A model generated the notes under the pieces. That model searched no databases. It was not told the origin of the DNA and saw only the letters and a list, made by a program, of their open reading frames with translations. Position numbers and translations under genes: made by a program. From Dehalococcoidia bacterium (GTDB lineage Bacteria > Chloroflexota > Dehalococcoidia > DSTF01 > WHTK01): a stretch of DNA of 64,000 nucleotides. Position 1 is the stretch's first letter, and every line of letters starts with the position of its first letter. Below are positions 46,409-55,191 of the stretch, piece by piece. The stretch is taken from positions 68,338-132,337 of the forward strand of contig CBDCMQ010000005.1 of the NCBI GenBank assembly GCA_965219205.1, given 5' to 3'.

Positions 46409-47731
46409 CTAAACTCTGTCCTCCGGAATCGTATGGTTGTGTCTTAGGTCGTCCCAACCGTCGGAGGCCATCCAGTCGGCCCAGGATCGGTAAAACCAGA
46501 GCTGTGCGTGCTCGTTTACGTTCGGCGCCTCGACTCGTGGCGGGCCTAGTTCATCGTCGATGATGTCGCCATGGCCGATGCTCATGGCGTAATTGAGCGG
46601 GAATTGCTTGCTGATAGTGCCGTTGGCACCCAGGGTGCTCTGACCCCAGTTCTCGCCGTCATCCTGCTCCAGCATGCCGGCCGGGCCAAAGTTGTGAATC
46701 CGGCGGTCTAGCCGCTCCCGGTTGATATCGACGGGGGCCGACTTGTCTAGGATTGTGAACCACCAGATTTCGGTACTTTGGGGGCCTTTTGGGATGCGTA
46801 GGCTGACCTGGTTGGTGGTTAACCACAGATTGGGAAAGATATGTGGGTGTCCGCCTTGCATGATACCGACTGGACCCAGCGCGTCCTTCGCGGACTGCTG
46901 CTCTCGCCAGGCATCGTCGTCGATTCCGGTTGTCCGACTTGTGAGATCGCGTTGGGCGTCGGTGCTCTTGGCGCCGCTGACAACGTGGCCGTACTCTCCC
47001 AGCAATACTTGTTGAGGCCGGGACAGAGTGGCGGACAAAGTTTGACGGACGCGCGCAAAACCGGCCATCTGCTGTGAAGCGTGAGTGATCTGGGGGTGAT
47101 AAAAGTCCCAAACATTATCGGCGGCGAATTTCCAGTTGCAAGGGATCGTGTACTTCTGAATGCCAGGCAGGACTGTCATATCACCACGCTCAGCTATGAT
47201 CATAAGGCCGATTTTGCCGGTCTCGCCAAGGTAGTCGTCTAATTCGGGTGCTGCAGGGTCCATGTTGGCGAAGATGAAGCCCTTGTAGCTATCGACCTTA
47301 GCGGCCTTGATTAAACCCCAGTTCTCACGATCCAGTTCTTCGTGGTAGACCTCTTTGAAACCGGGCACGCCTACCAGGTCACCCTTGAGATCGTAGGTCC
47401 AGCCATGATAGGTGCACATGAAAGATGTGGCGTGACCTTCCTCGGCACGGCAAACGGCGTTGCCGCGGTGGCGGCAGGTGTTGACCAGCACTTGGGGGTT
47501 ACCATCGTTGTCACGGACAACAATGACGCGGTCTTCACCGATGAAAGTCATGAAGAAGTCGCCGGGGTTGGGGATCTGGGTTTGGTGGGCTACGAAATTC
47601 CAGGCGCGGGCGAAGATGCGCTCCAACTCCAGCTCGTAGATATCCTGGTCGGCGAAGATCCGGCGGTCGACGATGCCTTTATGGGCGTCGACCAGCGCCA
47701 GCATTTCGTTGCGATTGCCTAAAAGCGTCAT
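46409..47731 (-). CDS. Rieske oxygenase alpha subunit (close paralog group, member 3)
   Basis: CRHRGNAVCRAEEGHATSFMCTYHGW and DFYHPQITH. Confidence 0.9.
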   Translation of the reverse strand: MTLLGNRNEMLALVDAHKGIVDRRIFADQDIYELELERIFARAWNFVAHQTQIPNPGDFFMTFIGEDRVIVVRDNDGNPQVLVNTCRHRGNAVCRAEEGHATSFMCTYHGWTYDLKGDLVGVPGFKEVYHEELDRENWGLIKAAKVDSYKGFIFANMDPAAPELDDYLGETGKIGLMIIAERGDMTVLPGIQKYTIPCNWKFAADNVWDFYHPQITHASQQMAGFARVRQTLSATLSRPQQVLLGEYGHVVSGAKSTDAQRDLTSRTTGIDDDAWREQQSAKDALGPVGIMQGGHPHIFPNLWLTTNQVSLRIPKGPQSTEIWWFTILDKSAPVDINRERLDRRIHNFGPAGMLEQDDGENWGQSTLGANGTISKQFPLNYAMSIGHGDIIDDELGPPRVEAPNVNEHAQLWFYRSWADWMASDGWDDLRHNHTIPEDRV

Positions 47732-47901
47732 GGATTCGCCTTTCTGATCATCGGGCTAATTTCCTTGCTTAGGCAATTAAAACACCCGAATCGAGAAAAG
47801 TCGATCCCTGCTGAACGTGATAATGGAAGTCAAGTTTGGCGCGCACAACTACCTTGGTCCTAAAATGATTTCGGCCGGGGCGAAGTAGAGGAGCGGGATT
47901 T

Positions 47902-48048
47902 ATGAGCATCTGGTGTGCAGGTTCAAGCGAAAAGGTTTACAGGGCTGTCAATACAGCGCCTTGTCCAAAGTGTGGCAAGATCGTCGATCTCACCCAGCAA
48001 GGGCACATCAAGCCGCATGTTGGGACCAAGGCACCGGCGAAAGGCTAA
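47902..48048 (+). CDS. candidate small Cys-rich (zinc-ribbon-like) protein, 48 aa (below the ORF-track cutoff)
   Basis: The ATG at 47902 lies 9 nt after agaggag. MSIWCAGSSEKVYRAVNTAPCPKCGKIVDLTQQGHIKPHVGTKAPAKG*. It sits in a different frame from the listed ORF 47913..48098. Confidence 0.4.
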   Translation: MSIWCAGSSEKVYRAVNTAPCPKCGKIVDLTQQGHIKPHVGTKAPAKG

Positions 48049-48213
48049 GTTGGACGGTGATGGCGGTTTGCCTGGTTGAGGCCGGCGGGCCTGCTTGAAA
48101 AACTAACAGTCCTCAGGAATGTCAGACATTAGTGCTAATAGACAGGCAGGGCCGCTGCGACAGTTGAGGCCTGTGCCAGATTTCATTAGTGCGCTCCGTC
48201 AGGACGCAGCACC

Positions 48214-49515
48214 TTGATCCGACGGGCAAGGACGCGGGTCTTTCACGGCTGGTGGATAGTCGTCAACGGATTCTTGATTCAGCTTCTGATCTCGGGCCTG
48301 CTGCAGAGGTCCTTTGGCGCCTACATCGTCCTATTCCGAGACCAGTTTGGCTGGAGCAAGACGGCGCTATCGGGCGCCTTCTCGCTGCAGCAGGTGGAGA
48401 ACGGGCTCCTCGGTCCCCTACAAGGCTGGGTGATCGACCGGTTCGGCCCACGCGCCAGCATGCGAGTTGGCATCGTTTTCTTCGGGCTTGGTTTCATCAC
48501 CCTGAGTCTTATGAATTCACTGCTAACCTTCTATTTCGCCTTCGCCTTGCTGGCAATCGGCAGCAGTACCTCAGGCTTCTTCCCGATCACGGTGACGGTT
48601 GTTAGCTGGTTTGAGCGCCGGCGAACGCGCGCCCTCGCCCTGGTTTCGTTGGGATTTGCGGTAGGCGGCTTGCTGGTACCAATTGTGGCATTTGTGCTGG
48701 AGGAATTTGGCTGGAGAGGAACCGCCTTCGGCTCTGGTGTCCTGGTGATAGCTGTTGGCATTCCATTGACGCAAGTGTTCCGCAAAGAGCCGTCAAGGCC
48801 TGGAGAGTACGTGGACGGAATCAAGCCGACCGGCGCCGTGAGGGCGAGTCAACCCGGCGAGACTAGCGGCGAGGTCAGCTTTACCGCCGGGGAGGCCGTG
48901 CGTACGCGGGCCTTCTGGCTGATTTCCCTGGGTCATTCCGCGTCTCTGCTTGTCGTGCAAGCCGTGAACGTTCACTTGATCATTCACCTGAACGAGAGCC
49001 TCGGCTATTCGTTGGCCACGGCCTCGCTGGCCGTGACAATGTTGAACGCCTTCCAGATCGTTGGCAACCTGATCGGGGGCGAATTGGGCGATCGTTACAG
49101 CAAGCGCATAATCACAGCTCTAACCATGGTGCTGCACGCCAGCGGCCTTCTGATGCTGGCTTTTGCCAGCAACCTGGCAATGGTGGTTGGTTTCGCGCTG
49201 CTGCATGGCACCGGTTGGGGCGTGCGCGGCCCGCTTATGCAGGCGATTAGAGCTGATTACTTCGGTACACGCTCTATCGGCATGATCGTCGGCCTCTCCT
49301 CGATGATCACGATGATCGGCAACACCTCTGGTCCTCTGATCGCTGGCGCTTTGGCTGATGCGACCGGAGACTACAAACTTGGATTTACCCTGCTGGCGGT
49401 GCTGGCAGGGTTGGGTTCGGGCTTCTTCTTCATGGCCAAGAAGCCGGCGCCTCCGGCACGAAGCACCAGCCCAGCGCCGGGCAGGCCTTCTCCGCCGGTG
49501 AGCTACCAGGAGTAG
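48214..49515 (+). CDS. MFS transporter
   Basis: 433 aa with about 12 hydrophobic segments. FGAYIVLFRDQFGWSKTALSGAFSL. Confidence 0.85.
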   Translation: MIRRARTRVFHGWWIVVNGFLIQLLISGLLQRSFGAYIVLFRDQFGWSKTALSGAFSLQQVENGLLGPLQGWVIDRFGPRASMRVGIVFFGLGFITLSLMNSLLTFYFAFALLAIGSSTSGFFPITVTVVSWFERRRTRALALVSLGFAVGGLLVPIVAFVLEEFGWRGTAFGSGVLVIAVGIPLTQVFRKEPSRPGEYVDGIKPTGAVRASQPGETSGEVSFTAGEAVRTRAFWLISLGHSASLLVVQAVNVHLIIHLNESLGYSLATASLAVTMLNAFQIVGNLIGGELGDRYSKRIITALTMVLHASGLLMLAFASNLAMVVGFALLHGTGWGVRGPLMQAIRADYFGTRSIGMIVGLSSMITMIGNTSGPLIAGALADATGDYKLGFTLLAVLAGLGSGFFFMAKKPAPPARSTSPAPGRPSPPVSYQE

Positions 49516-49560
49516 GGCTTTTCTGTTCTCCAACTCTTCGAGGCAGTAAAATTGCAGTTG

Positions 49561-49854
49561 ATGCAACGCTCGCCGAAGCTGGAGATCGAGTACTGCACCC
49601 AGTGCCGCTGGCTCACCCGCGCCACCTGGGTGGCTCAAGAGTTGCTTACAACTTTCGTCGAAGATCTCAAAGAAGTCTCGATCGTCCCGGGCAAGGGTGG
49701 AGTCTTCAACGTGACGGTTGACGACGCTTTGATCTGGTCCAGAGCCGAGGCCCGCCGCTTTCCTGAATTGTCTGAATTGAAGCAACTGGTTCGTGACCAG
49801 GTTGCACCGGGGCGCAGCCTGGGACATAGCGACAACAAGAAAGAAGAAGTGTAG
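49561..49854 (+). CDS. Rdx (SelW/SelT/SelH-like) CxxC thioredoxin-fold protein
   Basis: KLEIEYCTQCRWLTRATWVAQELL...PGKGGVFNVTVDDALIWSR...RFPELSELKQLVRD. Cys (not Sec) version. Confidence 0.75.
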   Translation: MQRSPKLEIEYCTQCRWLTRATWVAQELLTTFVEDLKEVSIVPGKGGVFNVTVDDALIWSRAEARRFPELSELKQLVRDQVAPGRSLGHSDNKKEEV

Positions 49855-49932
49855 CCGGCACGTCTTCAAGTATCCGAGTGAGCTCGAACCTGATGCACGG
49901 CCGCGGAATTCCGCCTGCTACTATCAAGGCAT

Positions 49933-49966
49933 GACCATGCTTTCGTTTTCCACCATGTGGGCGCAG
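49933..49966 (+). repeat. 34-bp direct repeat, copy 1 (duplicated 5' end of the gene at 51994)
   Basis: gaccatgctttcgttttccacCatgtgggcgcag versus 52002..52035 (33 of 34 identical). It sits in a short frame, 49931..50008, reading MTMLSFSTMWAQ then unrelated sequence. Confidence 0.9.
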
Positions 49967-50128
49967 TATCCACCCGTATGCGCCATGCCGTTGAATCTGC
50001 GAGCCTGAGCGAAACCTGCTCACTTATCGTTGATCCGAATCCCATATTGGCCGGGTGCTTTATTCTCCGAGAGTATCTGAAGTCACCCGGCTGCCAACCC
50101 TCCTGTGCGATCCTGGGTCGTCTAGTTG

Positions 50129-50161
50129 TTGCAGTTCGTTTGCAATCCGTTTGCAGTCGGG
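50129..50161. repeat. three tandem 11-bp repeats (ttgcagttcgt ttgcaatccgt ttgcagtcggg)
   Basis: Read directly. The period is 11 bp. Located in the non-coding stretch downstream of the NHL/TSP3 gene. Confidence 0.7.
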
Positions 50162-50243
50162 CCAACTCTCCAAAGCCGCGCGCCTGTGGAGCTGCTGACC
50201 GGGCAGGCCGCTCAAGTCGACGCTGTCAAGAATTTCAGAGCGG

Positions 50244-51865
50244 TTAATCGCTCGATGCTAGGCCAGCATCTCCGGTACTCGGTGGCGAGATCTGTTGCTG
50301 GGCAGCTGCCGTTTCACGGTTCTCACGCGCCTGCTGAGCGCCACCTGCAATCACTGCCCCGAGGCCGGCGCCGAGGTTTACTGCCGGAGGCTCAACTACC
50401 TCTAGCGGGGCATCACCCTCCCCGACATCTTGCCCATCCACCGTGATGACACCGTCCAGCGATTCAACCGTCACGCTAAGCAATTCAGAGCCATCGAATG
50501 TCTCTGTTATCAGGGCCGTCTCGCCGGGGTCAATGACTACGAGAACGATTGTCCCGTCAACCGGAATCTCTATTTCGGCCGGCCCTCCCAGTTCGGTTGT
50601 CACCGTAGAGACAGCCTGTGGATCTGTAAGCACATAAGTGCCGGCACGCAGCCAGTAGAATCCGCTCTTGCCGTCGAGTCTGATCAGGACGCGTTGGAAG
50701 AAACTGCCGCCCGTCACTACAACCCGCACGCCAGCGGGGTTGGCAGCCTCCGTTATTGCAACACCCATGCCAGCCGGAACGCTGACCATTGATCCTGCGG
50801 TGGCGCCGCCGAGTCCAAGGTCGGAGAAACGGCTGCTGGCAGTAGTCGGAGTTTCATCCACGGTGTCGTCGATGCCATCACCGTCCTCGTCCACACCAGG
50901 GCAGCCGTCAGCATCAAGGACACCATCCAGATCTTCTGGATCGCCTGGGCAATCGTCGGAGCCGGTGCAGGCGGAGGGACCCACGCCGGGAGCGGCTGGG
51001 TCACATACCCCGTCCCCATCAGCATCTACCTGAGCGTCGGAGCAACCACCGGCGTCAACCGCGACAGCCCCCGTGCCGGGGCAGTCATCGCTGCCCGTAC
51101 AGGCCGAGGGACCTAAGCCGGGAGCGGCTGGGTCACAGACCCCATCACCGTCCGCGTCAACTTGGGCGTCGGAACAGCCGTTGCCGTCCACCACTGTGGC
51201 CGCAGGCGTGCCGGGGCAAAGGTCGCTGCTGTCTGGAACGCAGTCGCCGTCGGTAAGCACCACGGCCCCGACCTCGCGTATGCGCTGGTTGTTAGTATTC
51301 GCGATGAAGATATTGCCGGAGCCGTCCAAGAAAACACCCTGGGGGCTCCCACCTGTGCGGTGGTGGCCGGGATACCGTCGCCATTGAAGCCCGCCGCGCC
51401 CGTGCCGGCCACGGTGCTGATCAGGCCGGTGGCCGCGTCTACCTTGCGGATGCGATTGTTCGTCTGATCCGCGATGAAGATATTGCCGGCGCCATCCACA
51501 GAAACGCCGCGTGGGTTGTGCAGACGCGCGCTTGTGGCGGGGATCCCATCGCCGTTGTAGCCGAATGTGCCTGTGCCGGCTACCGTGCTGATCAGGCCGG
51601 TGGCCGCGTCCACCCTGCGGACGCGATGGCTCGTCTGATCCCCACTGAAGATATCTCCGGAGCCGTCGACAAAAACACCTCGTGGGTTGTGCAGATTCGC
51701 GGATGTGGCGGGGATGCCGTCGCGGTTGACGCCGGATGTCCCCGTGCCGGCTACGGTCCTGATCACGCCGGGCTGTGCAAAGACCGTCGTGGCCAGGACG
51801 AGCATGCCGAGCGTTAAAGCCAGCAACCAGAATGACGTTCTGCTTTTACGCAAGCGTGGAATCAT
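50244..51865 (-). CDS. secreted NHL-repeat / thrombospondin-type-3 (Ca-binding DxDxDG) repeat protein, interrupted by a 1-nt frameshift
   Basis: Signal peptide (SFWLLALTLGMLVLATTVFA). Four NHL-like units (IRTVAGTG..G..GDGIPATSA.L..PRGV.VD..GNIFIAD..N.RIR.V). Two copies of a ~37-aa unit, CSDAQVDADGDGVCDPAAPG.GPSACTGSDDCPG. The ORFs 51113..51865 and 50244..51329 join if the run at 51337..51339 has one more base. Confidence 0.75.
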
Positions 51866-51993
51866 CGTTACCCTTCAAGCCTGTGCGAGCGGTTGGCCGT
51901 CCTACGCCCATTCTACAGCCACGGGTCGAGTCCACTGCATGTACTAATCTGAGCCGTCATGTAAACGGCTATGAGCGATAATGAAAGCTAAGA

Positions 51994-52914
51994 ATGTCTG
52001 AGACCATGCTTTCGTTTTCCACTATGTGGGCGCAGCAGGATCGCTTCCGCGACTTGGAGCCATTCCGTCGCCAAGTCGCGTCCTATGGCTTTACCGGGAT
52101 CGAGGTTAGCCATTCGACTGACGATGCCGGCCTGGCCACCCTCATGGGTGAGGGTGAGATTTCGCTGACAAGTTTGCATGCGCCGACGCCGAGCCGGAAA
52201 TTGGGGGATGGCAGACCAAACGGCGATGCCAACCTGGCTTCGACCGATGAGGTGGAGCGACTTTTGGCGCTGGTTGAGACCAAGCGCACGCTGGGTTATG
52301 CGGCTCGCGCCGGCCTGCCTTTTGTGGTCATTCATTTGGGTGGAGTTGGCAACTACATGACCGATCTTGAACGGCAGCTGCGGCGCCTGTTTCAGGAGGG
52401 CGGTGCTGAAAGCGAAGATGCCCAGTCTCTGAGACACGAGCTTGCAGCATGGCGGGTTGCCGGCGCTGAGCCTCATATTGAAGCCGCGAAAAAGTCGCTC
52501 AAGGAATTGGTTGAGTTCGCCGCACCACACGGGATTGCGCTCGGCCTCGAAAGCCGGCTGCACTATCACGAAATACCTCACCCGGAAGAGGCCGTGTATC
52601 TAGTTTCCGACTTTAGCAACGAAGTAGCCGGCTACTGGCACGATGTCGGCCACTGCGAAGTCCAGGCCCGCCTTGGCATGATCGACCGTGATTCCTGGTT
52701 TCCGCGACTCACGCCTCTGACGATCGGCAGCCACCTGCACGACGTCGATGGAATTGCCGACCATCGGGCGCCGGCCAACGGCGACGTCGACTGGTCCTAT
52801 ATCGCCGCCGGTTTGCCGGAGTTGGCGCTGCGCGTTTTCGAAATCGATCAGCGCCAGCCCGATGATAAAGTCGCCGCCAGCATTGAGTTCCTGCGCTCTC
52901 AGGGCGTTGTCTAG
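51994..52914 (+). CDS. sugar phosphate isomerase/epimerase (xylose-isomerase-like TIM barrel) family
   Basis: 306 aa. GFTGIEVSH, VVIHLGG, LGLESR and HLHDVDG motifs. Confidence 0.7.
   Translation: MSETMLSFSTMWAQQDRFRDLEPFRRQVASYGFTGIEVSHSTDDAGLATLMGEGEISLTSLHAPTPSRKLGDGRPNGDANLASTDEVERLLALVETKRTLGYAARAGLPFVVIHLGGVGNYMTDLERQLRRLFQEGGAESEDAQSLRHELAAWRVAGAEPHIEAAKKSLKELVEFAAPHGIALGLESRLHYHEIPHPEEAVYLVSDFSNEVAGYWHDVGHCEVQARLGMIDRDSWFPRLTPLTIGSHLHDVDGIADHRAPANGDVDWSYIAAGLPELALRVFEIDQRQPDDKVAASIEFLRSQGVV
52002..52035 (+). repeat. 34-bp direct repeat, copy 2 (native 5' end of the TIM-barrel gene)
   Basis: gaccatgctttcgttttccacTatgtgggcgcag. Confidence 0.9.
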
Positions 52915-53021
52915 CTCGGACCCGGAATCGTTGCGATAATCGCCAGGTACGGCGTCTGGATTCGGGCCGCCTTCGAGGGGGACAGTAGGCAGCTGGTGAG
53001 AGGGAACGGAGATCGAGTCTC

Positions 53022-54725
53022 TTGAGAATGTCGCAGTCATTCGGCAAGACCCTGCGGGAAGCGCCGGCTGAGGCTGAGCATGACTCCCACCAGTTACTGC
53101 TAAGAGCCGGGCTGGTTCAGCAAGCGGCGGCTGGCATTTACAGCTATTTGCCCCTCGGCTGGAGAGTCCTGCGGAAAATAGAGCAGATCATTCGCGAAGA
53201 GATGGACGCTGCCGGCGGGCAAGAGTTGCTGATGCCGGTTTTGGTTCCCAGCGACCTGCTGGAGGAGACCGGCCGGCGCCAGACGATGTCGCCAATCCTG
53301 TTCGCGCTTCTGGACCGCCGTGAGCGCAAACTGGTGCTCGGACCAACCCATGAGGAGGCTGCTATCGATCTCTTTCGTCGAAACGTTCAGAGCTATCGTG
53401 ACCTGCCGTTGATGCTCTACCAGATCGAGACCAAGTTCCGGGATGAAGCTCGGCCGCGGATGGGCCTCATCCGGGGGCGTGAGTTTGGCATGTTGGACCT
53501 CTACAGCTTCCACGCCGATGTTGAGGACCTGGACCGGGGCTACCAGCGCATGTACGAGGCTTACGAGCATGTCTTCCAGCGCTGTGGCGTGCCAGCGGTT
53601 TCGGTGTTTGCCGATTCCGGCGCGATCGGCGGCAAAGAGAGCCAGGAATTCATGCTTTTGACCGACATAGGCGAGGATGAATTGGTTGTCTGTCCGGCCT
53701 GCGCGTACGCAGCCAACACGGAGCGCGCCGAACACCGCAAGCCGGAGGCAGCTGCCGGAGAGCCGGGTCAGCTAGAGGAAGTGAGCACGCCTGACCAGAA
53801 GACGATCGAGCAGGTTGCGAACTTTCTCGGCGCGCCCACCACCGAGACGTTGAAGGCTGTGTTTTACATGGCCGACGACGAGCCAGTGTTTGTGGCGATT
53901 CGCGGCGACCTAACGGTGAATGAGGTGAAGCTGCGCAACGCGACCAAAGCGCTGGAAGTGCGCGCCATGACGGACGACGAGACCAAAGCATCTGGTCTGG
54001 TGGCGGGCTTTGCTTCGCCAGTTGGCCTAAAGGATATTCGAGTTGTCGCCGACGATTCGGTCGCGGAAACGCCGAACCTGATCGCCGGAGCCAACAAGCC
54101 CGGCTTTCACCTCAAGAACGTCAACTACGGCCGAGATTGGCAAGCCGATTTGATCGCCGACCTGTCATTGACCAGAGAAGGCGATATCTGCATCGATTGC
54201 GGATCTGCGGTTGAGGTCAAGCGCGGCATTGAAATGGGGCATATCTTCAAACTTTTGACGGTCTGGAGCGAGAAGATGCAAGCAACATTCCTCGACGCTG
54301 CTGGTCAAGAGCAGATTCCGCTTATGGGAACCTATGGAATTGGCACATCGCGGTTGTTGCAGTGCGTTATCGAGGCCAATCACGATGAGAACGGCATCAT
54401 TTGGCCGGCCTCGATCGCCCCTTACGATCTGCATATTGTCGGTCTTGGTTTGGACGGCGAGGAGACGGCGGAAAAGGCTGAGGACCTATACAATTCGCTA
54501 CTCGAAGCAGGCTTTGACGTGCTGTTTGACGATCGGGCCGAGCCAACGGCCGGTGTTAAATTTAACGATGCCGACCTGATCGGCCTGCCGCTGCGGGTTA
54601 CGGTCAGCCCTCGCTCTTTAGCGAAGGGTGCCGTTGAGGTAAAACGGCGCGGCGATGGTGAGTTGGAGCTCATCCCCTACGAGGAGGCGGTGGCTCACTT
54701 GAAAGCGGCTGTGGCGGCGAGCTGA
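53022..54725 (+). CDS. proS: prolyl-tRNA synthetase, bacterial type
   Basis: [61 protein letters not shown] matches the ProRS N-terminus. 567 aa with an insertion (editing) domain. The start may be the ATG at 53028. Confidence 0.95.
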   Translation: MRMSQSFGKTLREAPAEAEHDSHQLLLRAGLVQQAAAGIYSYLPLGWRVLRKIEQIIREEMDAAGGQELLMPVLVPSDLLEETGRRQTMSPILFALLDRRERKLVLGPTHEEAAIDLFRRNVQSYRDLPLMLYQIETKFRDEARPRMGLIRGREFGMLDLYSFHADVEDLDRGYQRMYEAYEHVFQRCGVPAVSVFADSGAIGGKESQEFMLLTDIGEDELVVCPACAYAANTERAEHRKPEAAAGEPGQLEEVSTPDQKTIEQVANFLGAPTTETLKAVFYMADDEPVFVAIRGDLTVNEVKLRNATKALEVRAMTDDETKASGLVAGFASPVGLKDIRVVADDSVAETPNLIAGANKPGFHLKNVNYGRDWQADLIADLSLTREGDICIDCGSAVEVKRGIEMGHIFKLLTVWSEKMQATFLDAAGQEQIPLMGTYGIGTSRLLQCVIEANHDENGIIWPASIAPYDLHIVGLGLDGEETAEKAEDLYNSLLEAGFDVLFDDRAEPTAGVKFNDADLIGLPLRVTVSPRSLAKGAVEVKRRGDGELELIPYEEAVAHLKAAVAAS

Positions 54726-54782
54726 GCATTACCAAGGCTCGTCGCCAATCGGCGCCCTCTGTTAAACTGACCTGTGTTCGGC

Positions 54783-54859
54783 CGGGGCGTAGCGCAGTCC
54801 GGTAGCGCACTTGACTGGGGGTCAAGAGGTCGCTGGTTCGAATCCAGTCGCCCCGACCA
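54783..54859 (+). tRNA. tRNA-Pro (anticodon GGG), CCA encoded
   Basis: Manual cloverleaf: acceptor CGGGGCG/CGCCCCG, D-stem GCGC/GCGC, anticodon stem CTTGA/TCAAG with loop CTGGGGG, T-arm GCTGG-TTCGAAT-CCAGT, then A-CCA. Confidence 0.9.
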
Positions 54860-54871
54860 TGTCTTGCATCT

Positions 54872-54906
54872 AAGACTGCCTTCGAAAGAGGGCAGTCTTT
54901 GTTTGT
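54872..54906 (+). terminator. intrinsic terminator after tRNA-Pro
   Basis: AAGACTGCC (54872..54880), a 10-nt loop, GGCAGTCTT (54891..54899), then tgtttgt. Confidence 0.6.
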
Positions 54907-55191
54907 CGTCAGCGAAATGACAGCCATCGTGACAGCCACCCATCTGGCAGCCCCGCTCGTTTCGACGGGCGTTGTACGAGTGGTGCAAGTTGTTGCCATC
55001 GATAGGCGTACCGATTCTAGTCGTGAAAACCATTCAAGCCCGCTTGCTTGAGTTGTGACCTTCGCTGGCCTCTACCACACGTCGTCTAGCATTAACCCTC
55101 TTAGGTATAAACTTGGCACCAAAGCCAGGCCGAGTAGGGGTCTGCCATCAAAGCTCGTGTTCAGCCCGCGAGAACCGAGGAGATAACTAAA

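Noticed and set aside
50244-50300. The C-terminal ..SPPSTGDAGLASSD of the NHL/TSP3 protein as an LPXTG-type sortase signal.
   Set aside because: No hydrophobic membrane span or positively charged tail follows the motif, in this frame or the neighbouring ones.
54670-55033. Minus-strand ORFs 54670..54999 and 54695..55033.
   Set aside because: They run antisense through tRNA-Pro and its terminator, and through the proS 3' end. No motifs are present.
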